Assembly: GCF_001194135.2 (NCBI RefSeq)
Contig: NC_068981.1
Location: 186,362,633 to 186,426,632, forward strand
Direction of reading: 5' to 3'
DNA length: 64,000 nucleotides
Origin: Octopus bimaculoides
Lineage: Eukaryota
In this document: piece by piece, positions 11,765-24,037 of the stretch
Numbering within the stretch: position 1 is the stretch's first letter
How the letters are laid out: every line of letters starts with the position of its first letter
Translations under genes and position numbers: made by a program
The notes under the pieces: model-generated
Told to the model about the DNA's origin: nothing
Database searches by the model: none
The model's input: the letters and a program-made list of their open reading frames with translations, nothing else

Positions 11765-13439
11765 TACTGCGTTTGACTTAAGACATTTATATAGGTGAAT
11801 CACATTTTTCAACACGTGGAATACAATATTTTCATGGAGATACTGACTGGCTATATGAAAAAAAAAAAAAAAGGCATGTTGATCGGAATGATACGTGAGA
11901 CAGGAGACCGAGAGAAGCAATAGAAGGTGTTGGCAGTGTATATAGTACAGAAGACTGATGTTTTATTGATAATTATTGTATCTTAGATGAAATATGAAGC
12001 CAACATTGAAGCTTGGCTATAGCTTTCTATCACGACCAAAACGCCTTTGATATAGCATTCAGCATGATTCTATCATACGATACGTATATCTGTGTGTGAT
12101 CTGATAAAAGATATATATTAAATAAATGTTGTGATGAATGGGATATCAGACATGTCAAATCTATGCAAGAAAATAGATAAACGGTCAATTGCTTACTGTC
12201 TGGTTATAGAACTTTCTAGAAATGATTATGCATAAAGTCGTGATTATTAAATTACCAATAGTAGTCGAGACAAATGAAAATTAATTGATTGAAAGACAAT
12301 CACTGTTAAGATAGGTTAACGGGATCAGACAATCAGACAACTCACAAAAGAAATGATACAGTTTTCAGATTTTTAATACGATAGGCTTGACGTCTACGTC
12401 GTCAAAGGGGAGAAAAATAGGAAAATATGGCGATTATTGATATGGAATATTTCAGGCAGGAAAAGTCAGCGTGAAAATCTGAGTGGTATCAAATGCTGGA
12501 ATTCAAATACATGAAAGGAAGAAGGAAAGGTTGTGTCAAAGGAGTTTAGTATGTGTATTCATGTATAGAAGATTTTATTGCAGGAAAGTGAAACGCTGAT
12601 AAGCAATACTATTTACGTACTTGTCCGAAAACTGAAAGAAAATATAAGAAATAACTGACGCTTTTATTTTTCTGGACTTGGAAAACTGATTAGGTGTAAA
12701 ATTGTAGTGAAATTCCGTAATATCAGCAATGTGAGAATTAACCAAAAAAGAAAAATGAAGAATGTGATATAATGAATGCCTGAATAATATAACTCACAGG
12801 TATTAAACGTCTTACACATGATTAGCACTCACATAATATACTGACAAAAAATAAGACAGGCGTGCAAATGAGGTGTTTATGTAACAAAACAAAATAAAAT
12901 AGAGTGGAATGACCTTTGCAATGCAAACTAAATGAAACAATCTTTGAAAGTACAAGATATATTTATAATGAATGTATTACACGTTATTATTAACACGTTA
13001 TATATATAGGTTAAATAACATATACATATAAGACGGAACTGATATACACTAGGAAAGGATAAAATATAAACAAGATGCATGCAAACATTCAGATATTTAT
13101 TAACTAAACCCTCAAACCAAAGAGAAAAACCATATATTACATATAACTAATGAAAGGTGAAAGAATTAACCTCATATAGCAAAACAGAGAAGAGGGAACA
13201 AACATAAAAATGATGTGAAATAACTAAAATGTTTAGGTATTTAGTGAAGACATATGAGTAAGCAAAAAGAAACAATCACGCAGATCTTAGCAGAATAAAA
13301 TGCAGAATAAGACGCTTGGAAACGTGTCAACTCCTTCCAATATAAAAAAAGAATAAGGAATGTAATTGCATCGAATACCAAATGAATTTATCGATATTTA
13401 GATAAAAGTGCATAACCCTTGAAGACAGCAACACAAACA

Positions 13440-13815
13440 GTAGTTCAAGACGAGGAAATATTAAAAAAGAATAATTCTACAGAATAGTCAAACTAATATT
13501 AAAACTGAACCATATATTAGATAAAAGTTAATAAGCATAAATACGCTAATCCTAATTACAAAATAGAGCTGCAGGATAATAGACTGAATGTCAAGAGAAT
13601 CGAAGGCATCATAGAAGTAAGCCAGTATTAAACCAGAACCTCAAAACTGATATAAATACAATATACCTACCCTCGTACAGAGATGATGGTGTTTGCACTC
13701 TCGCCCTTCTGTTACCCGTATCAAGACTCATTGATAAGAGGCATCCAAAGAAAGTCAAACAATACAGTTCTGGGGATATAATACAGTACGACCAAGAAAC
13801 TGACAATAATGCTTT
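13440..13815 (+). pseudogene. Possible decayed R4/Dong-like non-LTR element, C-terminal (RLE) region
   Basis: A-rich strand; across frameshifts reads IEGII...GVCTLA...KRHPKKV...TVL(W)DI.Q.D, recalling ETEGFI...SGC..LA...H.P..V.E...ILWD..IQTD of R4/Dong elements. Confidence 0.3.
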
Positions 13816-13820
13816 CAAAA

Positions 13821-13940
13821 TTTGGCACAAGCCCAGTAACTTCAACTGGTACCTATGTTTTCGATCCCGAAAGGATGAAAGGCAAAGTCGACGTCTGCGG
13901 AATTTGAACTCAGAACGTAAAGAAGGACGAAGTGCCCCTA
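13821..13940 (-). mobile_element. SINE family B fragment
   Basis: TTTGGCACAAG...AACTGGTACC..TTTTCGATCCCGAAAGGATGAAAGGCAAAGTCGAC...GGAATTTGAACTCAGAACGTAAAG is the reverse complement of the family B body. Confidence 0.85.
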
Positions 13941-14069
13941 ATAAAAAATAATGATAATAATAATAATAATGATAATAAATGATAATTATTACAGGTAGTA
14001 ACCTGCTGTCCTCATGATTCCTACCAGGAATAAGGCCGAACCTGAGCTGAACCAAGCTAACCCTTTCTT

Positions 14070-14225
14070 AATTTGGCTCAAGGTCAACGAATTTTAGACG
14101 TTGGGATGTCGATTTAGATCGACGCCAGGTAATTATTTTATCGACTCAGAAATTTGAACTGAGAATGTCGGAAGAATGCTACCAAGCAATTTGCCCGACG
14201 TACTAAGCTTCTACCAGTTTGCTGC
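14070..14225 (-). mobile_element. SINE family B, internally deleted
   Basis: Tail AATTTGGCTCAAGGTCA, TTTTATCGAC, AATTTGAACTGAGAA and head TTGCCCGACGTACTAAG.TTCTACCAG. Confidence 0.7.
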
Positions 14226-14239
14226 ATTTAAATGGTATT

Positions 14240-14445
14240 ACATTTTGGCACAAGGCCAGCAGTCTTTGGCGGGATGAATAATTCGATAGCATCAACACAA
14301 GTACTTGACTCATACCTTATCTTATCAATCCCAAAATGATGCAAGATTAATTTGACTCCGACGGGATTTGCACCTTGAACATTAAGAACCGAAAAAGTTA
14401 TTTTCTCTCTCCCTGTAACAATCTCGTCAATGCTCCGCCCTTCTT
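14240..14445 (-). mobile_element. SINE family B, diverged
   Basis: ATTTTGGCACAAGGCCAGCA tail; third copy of a same-orientation cluster. Confidence 0.65.
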
Positions 14446-15039
14446 TCAGGAATGATAAAGAAAAGAGACGGAAATACAAAATCGATAATTATTGATCACC
14501 TGCCAAAGCTACACACAAACAAGCAGGTTCTGCCAAAGAATAAATAAATGCAACAGAGCCCTGGAAGAAATTCTTTCCATTATCCGAACAGTCTGATCTG
14601 TTCTTTAATGTTCACAGCATTAAAAGAGAGCGGATTTGATATTAATTGAATGAGGTCGCTTCCAGCAACAAAAAGAAAATGGAAAGAAAATATACAGCAT
14701 AAAGAAAATGTATAGCCTTAACCCTAGTGAAATGAGGACAAATAAACTCAATAACTGTGATGTATAATATAAATATTTAGCAAATATATCGCAAAGACCG
14801 TCTAGAAGTAAAGATGAAAAGGTTAAACAAATTTTAAGGACAAAGCTATGCAGGTTAAGATTTTTTGAGAAACATAAGTGTTCTGCCGCTGAAAATAGAG
14901 TTGTTGAATCAAATACCAAAAGATATCTCAAAGATGTAGCTTAAAACTGCTAAGAAGAGGAAATAGTAAGTATAATGTCACTGACAGTATTTGTCCACTG
15001 TTATGGAAATTATGAATACATTTTGCATTCATTATAAAC

Positions 15040-15560
15040 TACAAGTACCTACTAAAGTAAATGGAACTGGCAAATTGCTCAAAAATTGCTGATTTAAAAC
15101 TTATATGGTTATTGGAGTAGAAAACATTATTTGTTCCTTAAAACAAAATCACCAGCTCGGGCACGGAAAAACTATGGATCTCTAAGATATTTTTTCAAAA
15201 ATATACGAAGACTCTACAACAGAGCTGGTTATTATCTGGAAAGCAGTAACATACAAGAAGCGTAAAAAAATGCTATAAAGAGTAGCTACAATAAAAACAT
15301 GTGAAAAAACGGAAAATAAGTGTTTGGTTCTGAAATAGCTTTTGGATATTAAAGATACTCGACATATATAAAGTGGCTCCAGTTCAAAAGCTTTGTCCTT
15401 CTATCTATAATTTCATGTCAACATACAAAATAAATATATTGATAACGCAAAGAGGGGGTAAATTCGGTCCTATATGTACTGAGGAGCCCTTCAGAGAAGT
15501 CTTTTATCCCTACTCCTCTTTATATGGCCCTGAATAACATATCTACTGAATAAAACAACT
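15040..15560 (+). pseudogene. Decayed R4/Dong-like (R2 group) reverse transcriptase fragment
   Basis: Frameshifted translation gives KWNWQ..YGYW, LFVP*NKIT...ENY, YLESSNIQEA*K...SY, FWILKILDIYKVAP and FQ..SLS.LLF.MALNNISTE*N. These match the order NWK...FW, PK...NYRP, L.EQKGC..SY, SWI...L..YK..P and FQGDSLSPLLFC.ALNPLS..LN. Confidence 0.65.
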
Positions 15561-15614
15561 AATGTTAGTAGATGCTATCGACCGATAAGGTGACGAGAAA
15601 GTATTGGCTATGAG

Positions 15615-15750
15615 ACCTATCATTTGATTTTCAACTTCGGAAGCGTGAAATCAAAATTGACTTCGGCAGTATTTCAAATCAGAACCGCAACAAGAGCGAG
15701 AATGCATTTTATCCGACGCTCTAATGACTTAGTTTATCCAATTCGCATAT
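15615..15750 (-). mobile_element. SINE family B, highly diverged
   Basis: TGAAATCAAAATTGACTTCGGCAGTATTTCAAATCAGAAC...GCATTTTATCCGACGCTCTAATGA. Confidence 0.55.
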
Positions 15751-15984
15751 TAGCTATACAGACAGAGATACATTGACGAAAATAGCGCCACAAATATTTG
15801 TAGTGTTCATACCGTCTCACGCAACATGCTTACCGCGTAACATTATAGTGAACGTCAAACACGTTTACTTACTTGGGTGTGTTTTGCAAAATGTGCCAAG
15901 CTCTTCCTGGAAGACAGGATACTCTTTATCTAACTCTCAGCCCATGAACGCTGTGAAATAGTAATAAAATTAGCTGTAAAATAC

Positions 15985-16024
<40 letters not shown>

Positions 16025-16236
16025 NNNNNNNNNNNNNNNNNNNNNNNNNNNNNNNNNNNNNNNNNNNNNNNNNNNNNNNNNNNNNNNNNNNNNNNNNNNN
16101 NNNNNNNNNNNNNNNNNNNNNNNNNNNNNNNNNNNNNNNNNNNNNNNNNNNNNNNNNNNNNNNNNNNNNNNNNNNNNNNNNNNNNNNNNNNNNNNNNNNN
16201 NNNNNNNNNNNNNNNNNNNNNNNNNNNNNNNNNNNN

Positions 16237-16299
<63 letters not shown>

Positions 16300-17351
16300 G
16301 TATATATATATTACATATATATATATGTATAAAATATATGTATATGTATGTATACACACACATATATATACATACATATATACAACCTTTTTACATATAT
16401 ATATATAAACATATATACACACACACACACACATATATATGTGTGTGTGTATATTTATAAGCATCATTTAATCTCTCTCAGATTCTTTCTTAATAAAAAA
16501 AATTATAAATCAATTTATAATAAATTCCGATATTTAGCCATTTATTTATTAGAATCTTATAAAAGATTAAATTGTCTCCCACGGTTTTCACTAATTTAGA
16601 ACAGTAAAGCGATGACAAGTGCCATGTGGAGTCATTTCTATTAATCCCTGTGACTTCCTCCACTTCTGTTTGTTGTCAAATCTCCTCTTTGTTTACATTT
16701 CTTTTCAATTTCTTATGATAACAGATAATGTCTGCAGTTTATTTTATTAAGTCTTCTGAAAACTATATTCCCACATAGATCAACCCTCAAGCAGAAGAAA
16801 ACTAATAAACACAAACCGTGATATCTCGGTTTTCGTTCTAGGTGTATTCGGAAAATAACGGTTTTTATGTCTTACTTTAAATAGTTTCATGGTGCACCCA
16901 GTGCGTGATCAGGTTTTTTTTTGCAAAATTGCCGACGTGATTCTTGGTAAGCTTATCTAAAAATATAGAAATATAAAACAAATTCAAATATACTTACATA
17001 ATTACATGATAATACATCAAATCACATTCAATGGTGATAAAGCCTTTTCATATGTACCTATGAATATGTGTTTTTATTTGTATTTCTAAATGTTTATGTC
17101 TGTACGAGTGTGTGTGTACCTGTGTACAAGAAAAGTAACTGTATGGTTAAAGTATTCGAGAGGAGTTCGTCTCCCTGAAATGCTAAATACAATAGCCAAG
17201 CTTCTTTTAGTTCACATGAAAAGAAGAATATATTAGATCAGTTAATCCCAGATAATCCTTAAGTCATGCTGCCTTAAAAGGTGGTATGATCGCAGGTGAA
17301 ATAGATTTGAATATAGAGGTGCTAAGACAGTTGACTTATAATTAAAAAGAT

Positions 17352-17550
17352 AACAATAGCAACAACAACAACAAGAAGAACAACAACGACAGGAAAACAA
17401 TAGCAAAGACGACAACAACAACAAAGAAAGCAATAACAGCTACAACAACAACAAATATAGTTACAACAGCTACTACAACAGCAACAACAAAAATAGCAAC
17501 AGCAGCTGCAACAACAATTACAGCAACTGAAGCGGAAGCAACAACAACGA
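17352..17550. repeat. Degenerate (CAA/CAG)n low-complexity tract
   Basis: Interrupted trinucleotide runs with no supporting splice or ORF context. Confidence 0.85.
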
Positions 17551-18939
17551 GAAACGGGAACCTTCTGATGTGTCTAGGGTCAGAAGATTAAATTCCAGAT
17601 GGTATTTCCGTATGAATTTTCCTACAGATTTGCTGTTTTTGTTTTTTGTTTTATTAGAATCAAAACCTTTGTTCTTATAGAGACGAACGAAGAGTGATTC
17701 GTAAATATAGAGAGCAGACAAACACATATAAGAAAAATAATAAAACGACACCCACCCCATCAAAAAAATAAGCAAAACAATTTCACACATGTTGGGAGAC
17801 CTCTAGTGGCAAAGAGTTAAACCCTACAGAATGCCTTCTTTCAGTTGTTGTTTCCAATCCAGAAGAGCATGTTCCGAGCTTGCCCGTTCACTCGGACTGA
17901 GGTCGTGATTCTCATCCACATCTAAAAAGTTTATTGGGAATCAACATTTCCTTCTACAGCTTCATCGTCTCTTTTTCAGTTAGAGAAGAAGAACGGGGTT
18001 GCGGGGATTTGGGTGGCGTTATTGCAGTGTTGTTATTATACTGTCACTTATTATTGAACTAACGATTTATTTCATCTCCACAGACAACATTCTTGGTATG
18101 GCTGAATAATATTTTGAAAGGAATCTCTAATATATAACATCTTTGAAAGTATCTCTTTTGAAAACAGAGAGTCATTGTTGTTGTCGTTGTTATAATCACT
18201 ATCATTATTATCGTTTTTATTACTATTATTATCAAGACTACTTTTCTTTGCCGTTGCTGCTTCAGTGGTTTCCATTGACCGAACAGAACCTAAGAGGAAA
18301 ATGTCCATAAAAGACAGCTATTGCTCCAGCTAACCTTCAAATAATGTTCTATTCTCTTTAACGGAGAAACTGCAGTATATTTTCTCCTTTGAAGAAAAAA
18401 AAACGAAAGAAAATAGACTTGATTATCTTTTTTCTTTTCTTTTTTTTCACTAACCGTGAGTTTTGTTGTTGGAACGACTGATCCAGTGTGAGATTTATAA
18501 ACTATTTCATTAAAAAAAGGAAAATTTATGCTAGTTGCTCAGTAGCTACGCTGCAATAAATATTTATGACATAAAACTTAACTTCATATTTATAAAGTTA
18601 AAGAAACTAGAATTTGAAAAGATAATCTCTTTTTGTTGACGTTCATATTTCGCCATAGAAAGAGCTGAAATATCGACCACTATAATTAGAAACCGGTACG
18701 AACATTCAAGCTTATAAAGATTGTTCCTCCCCAAATATGTTAGTTATCACAGATTTGTTTTAACAGCCCAGTTTATTCTTTGACTTGACATTCCAGGATT
18801 GGATGACTCAACTTGCAGTACGTTGTTGCACAGGTTTTATTGATGTGTATCGGTGGTGCAGTTGTAAAAATGCTGCAGAACGTGTAAAGGGTCGTGGTAA
18901 GATTCCCAATGGATGCAGGCTTGCCTTTTATGAATCCAC

Positions 18940-19085
18940 CAGGCCTAATGGGTAGCATTGTTCGGTTCATGGCACAGAACCATGGGTTCGATTCTTAGAC
19001 ATTGCAGTGAGCTGTGTCTTTAAACAAAGTATTTCATTTCGGGTTGCTCCAAGGCGACTCGGGTCAAAATAAGTACCAACATGAT
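18940..19085 (+). mobile_element. SINE family C head, diverged
   Basis: GGCCTAATGGGTAG...GGGTTCGATTC (B box)...TGTGTCTTTAAACAAAGTATTTCATTTC...GTTGCTCC. Confidence 0.6.
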
Positions 19086-19460
19086 TCTGGTGTAACCATT
19101 ACTCTTTTTAGTTGTCCCATTTTGGCCAGTCTACACTGGCGGGATGAATAATATTTTGAAAGGAATCTCTAATATATATAACATCTTTGAAAGTATATAT
19201 AATATATATACTAGTATATATATATATATATATATATATATNNNNNNNNNNNNNNNNNNNNNNNNNNNNNNNNNNNNNNNNNNNNNNNNNNNNNNNNNNN
19301 NNNNNNNNNNNNNNNNNNNNNNNNNNNNNNNNNNNNNNNNNNNNNNNNNNNNNNNNNNNNNNNNNNNNNNNNNNNNNNNNNNNNNNNNNNNNNNNNNNNN
19401 NNNNNNNNNNNNNNNNNNNNNNNNNNNNNNNNNNNNNNNNNNNNNNNNNNNNNNNNNNNN

Positions 19461-19512
<52 letters not shown>

Positions 19513-19740
19513 GCATGTACAATACTAGAAACAGAGGAGATTTCAGTTAGATTTTATTTAGTGAAGTCGCTCACCGAACTAAATAACAACAGACTTTAAT
19601 GATCTTACATTACCACTGACCACATAAATTGAGGTAGAAACAATTGACAATAGTATTTTGCAACGCTTACAATCATTGGTACATCTTGTGTTGGTTCACG
19701 AGGATTTGAAATTATAACAATAAGGATTTCAATAAGGATT

Positions 19741-19931
19741 TCAAATTGTGGCACAAGGCCAGCGATTTTGGAGCAAGTGGCAAGTCGATTACATCGACCC
19801 CAGTACTCAATTGGTACTTATTTTATCGACCCCCACCCCGACAGGAATTTGAAATCAGAACGTAAGGGTGGACGAAATGTTGCTAAGCATTTCGCCCGGC
19901 GTTCTAACGATTCTACCTGCTCGTCGCCTTA
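19741..19931 (-). mobile_element. SINE family B, near full-length with internal deletion
   Basis: Tail TCAAATTGTGGCACAAGGCCAGC, GTCGATTACATCGACCCCAG, head GCTAAGCATTTCGCCCGGCGTTCTAACGATTCTACCTGCTCGTCGCCTT. Confidence 0.9.
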
Positions 19932-21059
19932 TCACGAATAATACCAAACAAATAATATTGTGACACACCGGTTTTCACTTGGATGACCTTAAATACTTTT
20001 TGATGCTAACGAATACCTTTTCTTCAGTTTATATAATTGTAGCTATGAGATTATGTTGCATTCATTGCTATCTCAGGGGTAGGTGTAGCTTTAGGCAAAT
20101 AGATCTAATAGAAATATTCCAAACGATTAGAAGATTGAAATGTTCGAAAGATAACTCTGGAAAGTTTTAAGTATTGTAGTTGGAACACGATAGTTTTAAC
20201 ATATTAGTAAGATAATTGCCTATTCATTAATTAATACTGATCAAACATATAACACTCTGTATTTTGTGATTCGATGCTCTATAACTTCTAGATATCAATA
20301 TGATAGAGAAATCACTTTCAGGTTACAACCAATAAGCACTAATATAAGAACATTGATTCAGTTCGATTTACTATAATCTGAATGTATTTATAACTTACAT
20401 CTTATATTCATCTCATTCTCGTAATAGACTACATTTCATATATAGAAATGTAATAATTACTTCATCGGACATGTTGCCTTGATAGGCTACATATCGCAAG
20501 TAGACGATAGTGATTATTTTAGATACTAATCTGTCTGCTACAAAGTGTGAAAGTTTAGAAGATAAACAAACTATGTTGCAGTGGATTTTGTGCAATTCAA
20601 CATTGGAATAAATTTAATTTCTGTAAAAAGAGAAAACAACAGAGTGGTTGTTCTATATTTCAATGGTTTTAAACCCAAGTGCTATTGTCCACGAGAGTTT
20701 CACACAACTCTTGTCTCACTATAACTATCAGGGAGAATTTCTTCTTCGATCTTTTCGCTGTTATAGAGCTGCGTAGATAGCAGGGCAACTTACACTGAAG
20801 TTGTTTCCACCGCTTCCATGTTGTAGCTGACAGTAATTTGCGTTGAAGATATGATGTTCTCTGATGTCTTTTAATGATATCTCGACTTTTTCATAGTATT
20901 TATTTTATATGCTATGTAACTGTCTAATACGTGTGTATGCTCACACATAGATAATATAGTGAGTTGGGAAAGTTCAATCAACTATAAGACCACCATTCGA
21001 CCCTGCTATCTTTGAGCTGGTGCCTCCTCCGAGTAGCTTAAGTTGCTTAACAGGGTGGG

Positions 21060-21390
21060 TCCTCTTCTTTCCATTAGGCATGAGTTTTAGGGTTCATCAC
21101 CGAAATATATCTCTGTTGTATCTTTTCTGCAAATATTTCTATGGCCATGACTCTGGGGAAATCTCTGCTCTAGTATCATTTCTCAAGACTTTTAAACATG
21201 TTACCCACTACTCTTCTAGGTGTATCGCTTCTCTATGGAGTTTCTTATTAACCATAAGTTCATTCATTCTAATAATTTCTTTACTCGAAATACTGCTCTC
21301 TGGAACTCACTACAATCCAGTTTTCCACAGGTCTATGATATGGAGTTCCTTTACGTTTTATATTAATCTATATCACTGGAATTTGTAGTC
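21060..21390 (+). mobile_element. CR1/L2-like LINE ORF2 3' end (decayed)
   Basis: HHRNISLLYLFCKYFYGHDSGEISALV..LKTF..VTHYSSR, then in another frame NNFFTRNTALWNSL..SFPQVYD; typical post-RT C-terminus (SL..FY.Y..G.CS.EL..L.P ... SFF.RT..LWNSLP...FP..YD). Confidence 0.75.
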
Positions 21391-22639
21391 CTGTCCCTCA
21401 TTTTACTCACACTACAGTAGCTCTATGTAATACAAATCGTATTAACAAAAAACAAAAACTAGTATACCAGCAAACAGAAGACAAAGATATGTCCAGAGGT
21501 GTCTGAAACAAAAACAAACAAAAAACAGCTCTAAGATCAGATAACTTAAACTTTCCTTAATTTGGAAACATAATATAATACAATTTTCATCCGTCCTAAT
21601 AGCACACTATTTTAGAAAGCGGTTCAATAGTGTAATCTGGAGTTAACTGTACTTTGAAGGGGGTGAAATTGTCATGGCTGAAATAAACTTTACCAACTGA
21701 ATCAAAACTGAATTTGTTTTGAATATCATCGGTGTGAGAAGAATTCCCAATATTTATGCCACTGGAAGATTATTGCGAATATTATATTTATAGGTGTGCG
21801 TGGGTGTGCGCGCGTGTGTGCATGAGTATGGCATACATGAATATATATAAGCATCTGCACATATATATATATATATATATATATGTGTGTTTGTGTGTGC
21901 GTATGTATGTATACATAGTTGTGTGTGTGTGTGTGTGTGTGTGTGTCTATGAAAATTATTTGTAGCAGCGAACTTTAAAAATATATTCGTTCTGTTCGAA
22001 TCAGGCGATATTCTATTTATATACTCAAGCTACTTGATCAAACTGACAATCAACTTAGTCCTACTGATAAGTGCCAATAATTAACGATAGGTTATACAAA
22101 CACCACTCAATCAATTGTTTGTTTGTTTCTACTATTTAGAATTGTAGTCGGACAAGTGTGGCTTAAAAGTTTTACCTGTTTTTCTTGCTTTCGTTTCTCG
22201 AACTCATTCATATTTCACTGAAAACTCGAATAGTTTTAAAAATATATATTTAAAGCTGATTGGTACAAAGACAAGAGTTCTATTAACCCAACTTTTCGTG
22301 TCCAAACATAGTGTTTTGTGACCTGGTCTGAAGAAAATGTGTACTTTTAACGAAAAAAAATAACTTAATGGTCAGATGAGAAATATTTTGGTAATGGAGA
22401 AATTTTTCACGATTGCATGCAAGTAAAATAAATATTTTTGAAATATTTGCAAATTTTCATAATGATATTTAAAACTTCGTCAAAATTGGATCAGGCTAAA
22501 ATTCTTAAACGTGGTACCGGAGACAAAATAACCATCATGTAGTTATCACATTAATATAGAGCCTGTTAGTAACTGCTTCTGTTTTGATGACTGTTCTCAT
22601 AAAATACAAGATTTTATGTACCATACTTTGGCGTTGAAA

Positions 22640-23016
22640 GTTACACAAACAGCAGGAGAAGGCGCTGCTGCATAGTGCTAAAGATACCAACACTTTTAGC
22701 AGGACATAGGGATAGATGCTGCAACAGCTCGTGTTCCAAGGCCCCACACGTCTTCAGTATCCTCCCAAAAAGCCTTAGAGACTTACACGGGGTGGAGGTA
22801 TGTGTGTTTAAAACAAAACTGAGTCTTTTCCTCTCAATAGTTCTGGATGAACCTATATCGCGCCAAGAAATGCACATGAGGGCAGCAACATCAAACTACC
22901 ATTATCCACCAAATTCCACATATCAGAGGCTGTTTCAAGTGGTGAAGGTACAGCAAAGTTAACGGGGATGCCACAGCATGGCCGCAGTTCTCGAGCTAAA
23001 ACCTAGTAAAAAATAA
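22640..23016 (+). mobile_element. CR1/L2-like LINE 3' end with 3' UTR
   Basis: NSSCSKAPHVFSILPKSLRDLHGVEVCVFKTKLSLFLSIVLDEP matches the C-terminal GP.LFN.LP..LR.......FK.KLD.FL..VPDEP pattern; ends in an A-rich tail. Confidence 0.75.
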
Positions 23017-23763
23017 ACGACTACAAAACAGAGCGAAATGGCAGTCATTGGAACATTGGAAAGAATTCCTGGTAGTATTTGTTCCGACTCTCTAAATGCT
23101 AAATTTAAATTGCATCCTTTTGGAACAGATAAGAACATCCCAATCCATAGTGATGAATTGGTAGATTGGTTAGATCTTCGTGAAGGTTAACTTCCGGTAT
23201 ATCCTCCCTCTGTCAATCTGCAATCTGACCGCAACGCCTACAGTGACAAGGATATTAAGCAGTTCTCGGTTTTTCCATTGTATAAATATCATCAGTTGCC
23301 TGAGAATGGTAAAGTTTTCGTTATGCACAACTGCTAGTCTTTCTTTAAAATTCTTCTCCATGTTTACACATACTTATGCAGAGCCTTGTCAATCTTGACC
23401 GATGGAAAACACCGCCACAACAACTTACATTTTTCTTTCTAGTTTGTATCAGCCATTCTGTTTCATTCCATATCTCTCATTATTAGTCTTAGCATCGAGA
23501 AGCATAAACGTCATTGGCGTGGAGAAAGGAGAATTCCCGGAATGGACAACCACTAGACTTCCTTTTCCTTACACATGCGCGTAAATACACCGACGCGTGG
23601 TCAACCTTGACCTACGGATGGCAGCTCTAATACAATTTACAAAATTTTCCACTTTTATAAGATATACTAAGTTTCATGCATTATTTCTAATAATCACTCT
23701 TAGCAGCGATTAGGATATAAGCCGTTGATAATCCTAGATTTCGAAGCTTAAAACCTGGCATTC

Positions 23764-24037
23764 GGCAATGATGACGGGTGTTCCGTTTGATCCGGTCAAC
23801 GGAACAGCCTTCTAGTGAAATAAACGTGCAAGTGGCTGAGCACTCCACAGACAATTGCACCTGTAACCTAGTTCATAGACAGATTCAGCGCGATACAGAT
23901 ACAGAATGTGACAAAGGTAGCCCTTTGTAATTACAGGAACAACTCATTTTCGCCAGCTGAGTGGAATGCAGCAACGTGAAATCAAGCGGACACGATAATG
24001 AGCCGAATATCCTAACCACTAAGCCATGCGCCTTCAC
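23764..24037 (-). mobile_element. SINE family C, internally deleted
   Basis: Head GTGAAGGCGCATGGCTTAGTGGTTAGG; tail GTGGAGTGCTCAGCCACTTGCACG...GGCTGTTCCGTTGACCGGATC, shared with 56660-56788. Confidence 0.85.

Noticed and set aside
13655-13700. SYRDDG resembling the Penelope YRDD catalytic motif
   Set aside because: The flanking residues do not fit RT domains 4-6; the context fits an R4/Dong C-terminus somewhat better.
16813-16866. Nested inverted repeat AAACCGT...ACGGTTT, loosely similar to the 5250 hammerhead
   Set aside because: No CYGANGA core on either strand; the arms are only 7 bp.
17352-17550. Possible polyQ/N coding exon
   Set aside because: Stops interrupt the frames and it is typical CAA low complexity.
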